DNA of 64,000 nt from a virus. The position numbers and the translations under genes are program-made. Positions 60,122 through 64,000 of this stretch are shown here, in pieces. The notes beneath the pieces are model-generated. The model was not told where the DNA came from, did no database searches, and was given only the letters and a program-made list of their open reading frames with translations. The DNA lies in IMG/VR virus record IMGVR_UViG_3300044641_004147, positions 1-64,000 of that record. One strand, 5' to 3'. Position 1 is the stretch's first letter. Each line of letters starts with the position of its first letter.

Positions 60122-61510
60122 ATGGCATTTCCATCATCTGCAGCAAATGGTCAAATAATTTCAAATAATGGCATTGCATATATCTACAACCTTTCCACAA
60201 ATTCTTGGAAAAAATACGCCTCTACAAGTGCTAATATTATTACCACTGACACAGCCAATGTAACATCAAATACTTCAAGTACTAGTACCACAACTGGCGC
60301 CTTACAAGTTACCGGCGGTATAGGTGTGCAAGGTAATGTCTTTGCCAGTGCAGTGTATACCAACAGTTATTTTTATGCAAATGGAACAGTATTCAGCGGT
60401 GGCGCAGGTTCTACTGGTTTCACTGGTAGTGCTGGCTCAGTTGGGTTTACTGGTAGTTTGGGTACAACTGGTTTTGTGGGTAGTCAAGGATCCTCAGGAT
60501 TTACAGGTAGTTTTGGATCAACTGGTTTCACTGGTAGTACTGGCGTAGGCTTTGCTGGCAGTGCCGGGTTTACAGGTAGCACCGGTACAGGATTTACTGG
60601 TAGCACCGGCGCACAAGGTATAATTGGATTTACTGGCAGTTCCGGAACTGGTGGCGGAGGTGGTGGTGGCTATACAGGCAGTGCCGGAACACCAGGCACC
60701 TTAGCGTCTGGTCAAGCAACTAATACATTCACGGGCAACGGATCTACCACAGCGTTTACTCTGTCAGTGGCACCTGTTAGCAAAGATGCAGTTACTGTTA
60801 ACATTGACGGTGTTACACAACAGCGCAGTGGTTACACAGTTAATGGCTTTGTTCTTACCTTAGATGAAGCTCCATTATCGGGTGAAGTCGTTGAAGTTAC
60901 TGTGGCCACATATGGCACCACAAATTTTGTAACTAGAACTTATACTGGCAATGGTAGCACAGCCAATTATGCAGTTACACTAGGCGCCACAGTTGATTCA
61001 GTGATTGTCACAGAAAATGGCGTGGTACAGACTCCAACATCAGATTATACTATCACAGGCAATGTACTGTCATTTGTAGGAGGAGCGCCAGCAGCTGGCA
61101 CAGCCATTGGCGTTAGAGAAATTCCTGCAGGCTCTGTTGGTGGTAACAGTGTTTACAGTAGAACAGCAATCACTGCCACAGCCGGACAGATTAGTTTTGC
61201 TGTGGCATACAATGTAGGATTCTTAGAAGTATACTTCAACGGTGCTTTGTTAAATGCCATTGACTACACAGCCACAAACGGATCCACTGTAGTATTAACC
61301 GATTCGGCTGCTGTCGGAGACATTGTAGAGTTTATTACATACAATGTAGTGCCAGTTACACAAGTACCCACAGCTACATTTAACAGTACTAACTTAACAG
61401 CTAATTTAGCTATTACCGCTGGCTACAGTGCGGTCAGTGTGGGTCCAATAAATATTGCTGACGGAGTATCTATTAGCATTGCAGATGGACAGAAATGGGT
61501 GATATTATAA
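60122..61510 (+). CDS. Collagen-like fibre with repeated FTGNG..T.F domains
   Basis: TFTGNGSTTAFTL...V.IDGV.Q; TATAGQ..F...Y..G...VY.NG.LL...DYTATNGSTV.L. Confidence 0.8.
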   Translation: MAFPSSAANGQIISNNGIAYIYNLSTNSWKKYASTSANIITTDTANVTSNTSSTSTTTGALQVTGGIGVQGNVFASAVYTNSYFYANGTVFSGGAGSTGFTGSAGSVGFTGSLGTTGFVGSQGSSGFTGSFGSTGFTGSTGVGFAGSAGFTGSTGTGFTGSTGAQGIIGFTGSSGTGGGGGGGYTGSAGTPGTLASGQATNTFTGNGSTTAFTLSVAPVSKDAVTVNIDGVTQQRSGYTVNGFVLTLDEAPLSGEVVEVTVATYGTTNFVTRTYTGNGSTANYAVTLGATVDSVIVTENGVVQTPTSDYTITGNVLSFVGGAPAAGTAIGVREIPAGSVGGNSVYSRTAITATAGQISFAVAYNVGFLEVYFNGALLNAIDYTATNGSTVVLTDSAAVGDIVEFITYNVVPVTQVPTATFNSTNLTANLAITAGYSAVSVGPINIADGVSISIADGQKWVIL

Positions 61511-61511
61511 T

Positions 61512-62540
61512 ATGCCAAGTAAAGCAAGACAATTAGGATCGGCAATTAGCACAGGAGGTGCACTGAGCGGGGGCGCCGGGGCTACACTCACAGTAGGAAA
61601 CACAGCACAGCGGCCAGCAAGCCCTGTCAATGGCCAGATGTATCTGAATAGTACAACAAGTTACGTACAAGTTTACTACAACAACACATGGAATAATTTG
61701 AACTTTGTTGGCGGAATAGTTGCAACCGGTGGAACTGTAAGCATCGTTGGTGGCTACAAATATCACACTTTTACTTCGTCTGGCACTTTTGTTGTAACAC
61801 AAACCGGTCCTGCATCAACTATCGATATTATAGTCGTAGGTGGCGGTGGCGCAGGTGGCGGCGGCGGATATTCCCAGGTCCGAGGTGGCGGCGGCGGCGC
61901 AGGTGGCGTATTAGAAAACATTGGAATTTCTGTTTCAACAACAAGTTATGCTATAGTAATTGGTGCAGGTGGAGCTGGAGTTGCTGGACTTGGTGGCACA
62001 GGTGGTGCAGGAACTAATACTACAGCATTGGGATTTACAGCATCGGGCGGCGGCGGCGGTGGCTCTTACCTTACAGGGCCTACCGCAGGCGCATCAGGTG
62101 GCGGTGGCGGAACAGGAGAAGTATCTGGTAGGTTACCGGGTGCAAGTGCCACACAAGGATTTGCCGGTGGCAACGGTGTTGCATACGCTAATAGTACCGC
62201 AGCAAGCGGTGGCGGCGGCGGTGGAGCCGGTTCTTTGGGATTAAATGCGTCCGGTGGCACTGGCGGTAACGGCGGCGCCGGAAAAACAGCCGCAATATTT
62301 ACAACGTTTGGTGTCGCCGGTGTGTTTGCAGGCGGCGGCGCCGGCGGCGGTGGCGTTACTTCTGGAATTGCTGGCTCAGGCGGTGGCGGTGCTGGTGCAG
62401 CAGGTAGCGGTGCTGGCGGCGCAGCAACAATAAATTCTGGTTCGGGCGGCGGTGGTGGCGCATCGGGCGGCGGCAACCCCGATGATCGAGCAGGCGGTGC
62501 CGGTGGTTCGGGTATAGTTATCATAAGGTACGCAATATAA
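61512..62540 (+). CDS. Glycine-rich virion protein
   Basis: GNTAQRP.SP..G.MY.N module, ATGG...GYKYHTFTSSG, GGSGIVIIRY. Confidence 0.8.
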   Translation: MPSKARQLGSAISTGGALSGGAGATLTVGNTAQRPASPVNGQMYLNSTTSYVQVYYNNTWNNLNFVGGIVATGGTVSIVGGYKYHTFTSSGTFVVTQTGPASTIDIIVVGGGGAGGGGGYSQVRGGGGGAGGVLENIGISVSTTSYAIVIGAGGAGVAGLGGTGGAGTNTTALGFTASGGGGGGSYLTGPTAGASGGGGGTGEVSGRLPGASATQGFAGGNGVAYANSTAASGGGGGGAGSLGLNASGGTGGNGGAGKTAAIFTTFGVAGVFAGGGAGGGGVTSGIAGSGGGGAGAAGSGAGGAATINSGSGGGGGASGGGNPDDRAGGAGGSGIVIIRYAI

Positions 62541-62541
62541 T

Positions 62542-63180
62542 ATGGCAAGCACAATAAACGCATCAACAACTTCAACCGCAGGTTTGGTCTACAACGCAGA
62601 CGCCAGCGGTATACTACAGTTACAAAGCAACGGCGTCACCGGATTGACAGTAGAAGCCAATGCCAGTGTAACTGTTAATACAACTTTGCAAACACCTAAT
62701 GGTCGTGTAGAACCATTGGTGTTGGGTACTGCACAAACAACAACCAGTGGAACAAATATAGATTTTACTGGAATTCCCGTATGGGCCAAGAGAATCACAG
62801 TGATGCTAAATGGTGTTTCGACCAACGGAACAAGCGGACTGATAGCACAGTTAATAGTGGCCGGTACTCCTGTTACTAGTGGATATATTGGAGCCAGTGA
62901 TCACGCGATTTCTGGCATAGGCCCGGCCGCACACACCACTGGTTTTGGATTATCGGATGTAAGCACACTGGCAGCATACGCAATGAATGGCTGTTTGACA
63001 TTTATTAAATTTTCGGATACTGTCTGGAATGGGTCGTTTGTTGGATCTAGTATTACTGCTGGCTTTGTATTAGGAGCAGGATATGTGCCGGTCACTGGTG
63101 ATGTAACTGGTGTTCGTATAACTACGCTAGGTGGAGCAAACACCTTTGACGCCGGCACAGTAAACATCATGTACGAATAA
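62542..63180 (+). CDS. Putative tail-fibre-related protein
   Basis: MASTINA...D.SG.LQLQ; TSGT.IDFTGIP.WAKRITV...GVST; TFDAG..NI.YE. Confidence 0.75.
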   Translation: MASTINASTTSTAGLVYNADASGILQLQSNGVTGLTVEANASVTVNTTLQTPNGRVEPLVLGTAQTTTSGTNIDFTGIPVWAKRITVMLNGVSTNGTSGLIAQLIVAGTPVTSGYIGASDHAISGIGPAAHTTGFGLSDVSTLAAYAMNGCLTFIKFSDTVWNGSFVGSSITAGFVLGAGYVPVTGDVTGVRITTLGGANTFDAGTVNIMYE

Positions 63181-63192
63181 CAGGAATAAACA

Positions 63193-64000
63193 ATGCCATA
63201 CGGAAAATTAGCATTAGATCAAATTGAAACTTCTGGCAGCTTGGCTGTCACTGGAAATGTCACAGTGTCTGGCAACTTGTCGGCTGCAAACATGTCAGGT
63301 CAAAATAGAATTATCAATGGAGCTATGGTAGTAGATCAACGCAATACCGGAGCCAGTCAAACCATCACTGCTGCCGCTGCACTAGCCTATACAGTTGACC
63401 GTTGGTATGCTTATTCAACTGGGGCTAACGTAACCGGGCAACAAATAGCTGGTAGCGGATTCAATTTGTTTGCTTATAGATTTACAGGCGCTGCCAGTGT
63501 GACTGCAATAGGATTTGGGCAACGTATTGAATCACTCAATTCAGGTGACATGGCAGGAACTACAGCCACACTCAGCGTAGAACTTGCCAACACATTGTTG
63601 ACCTCTGTGTCATGGACTGCATTTTATGCCAACACCACTGACACGTTTGGCACATTGGCCAGCCCAACTAGAACACAAATAGCCACAGGCACATTCACTG
63701 TAAACTCAACATTAGCTCGTTACAGCACAAGAATAAATATTCCCAGTGCAGCCACTACCGGTATTGAAATTTTGTTCACGGTAGGGGCACAAACTTCAGG
63801 TACTTGGACCATAGACAACGTTCAACTTGAGCCCGGTACACTGGCTACACCATTTAAGCGTAGGCAGGTTGGAGAAGAATTGTTATTGTGTCAACGCTAT
63901 TACGAAGTAAAAACAGCATATTCTGTCACCAAAGGTGCTCAATATGACAGTGCTTCTTGGATTTTTGTTCCGCAATATGTGACTAAAAGAGTTATTCCTA
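63193..64000 (+). CDS. Tail-fibre/carbohydrate-binding protein (3' truncated by window edge)
   Basis: ATG after SD AGGA; read manually: NRIINGAMVVDQRN...YTVDRWY...VQLEPGTLATPF...EELLLCQRYY. Confidence 0.75.
   Translation, partial: MPYGKLALDQIETSGSLAVTGNVTVSGNLSAANMSGQNRIINGAMVVDQRNTGASQTITAAAALAYTVDRWYAYSTGANVTGQQIAGSGFNLFAYRFTGAASVTAIGFGQRIESLNSGDMAGTTATLSVELANTLLTSVSWTAFYANTTDTFGTLASPTRTQIATGTFTVNSTLARYSTRINIPSAATTGIEILFTVGAQTSGTWTIDNVQLEPGTLATPFKRRQVGEELLLCQRYYEVKTAYSVTKGAQYDSASWIFVPQYVTKRVIP

Noticed and set aside
31830-60700. CRISPR array or ice-nucleation protein suggested by the repeats
   Set aside because: Repeats are in-frame, degenerate at third positions, lack unique spacers, and follow Gly-X-Y periodicity rather than the AGYGSTxT octamer.
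44963-62575. Numerous Pro/Ala-rich minus-strand ORFs
   Set aside because: They are antisense shadows of poly-Gly (GGN) coding on the + strand; no supporting promoters, SDs or recognisable domains.
1-64000. Genome-wide TAG recoding (alternative genetic code)
   Set aside because: Only one in-frame TAG in roughly 20,000 codons, and all other genes are intact under code 11. This fits a single site, not reassignment.
20443-64000. Diversity-generating retroelement acting on fibre genes
   Set aside because: No reverse transcriptase in the window and no repeat pair differing only at adenines was seen; similar C-termini differ at all base types.

Overview
The window is one co-oriented (+ strand) late/structural operon of a large T4-related tailed phage (myovirus-like). 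It opens with the C-terminus of a tape-measure/baseplate-hub-like gene. The T4-type head module follows (portal gp20, acidic core protein, protease gp21, scaffold gp22, major capsid gp23), then a delta-9-type fatty-acid desaturase. The remaining ~56 kb encodes about 35 virion, fibre or adhesin-like genes built from shuffled modules: GFTGS collagen-like repeats, poly-Gly domains, LamG lectins, Ig-like, beta-helix and cupredoxin-like domains. About 15 intergenic TAAATA motifs resemble T4 late promoters. The most unusual signals are regulatory. (1) Several late promoters have an ATG at the expected +1; three of these open tiny ORFs whose stop codon overlaps or abuts the start of the next structural gene, and two more coupled mini-ORFs sit in RBS-sequestering hairpins. 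(2) The only TAG ending a gene-sized ORF is an in-frame amber at a Tyr position that splits a ~1959-aa fibre gene. No CRISPR array, RNA gene, reverse transcriptase or mobile element was recognised. All assignments come from reading motifs; no searches were run.
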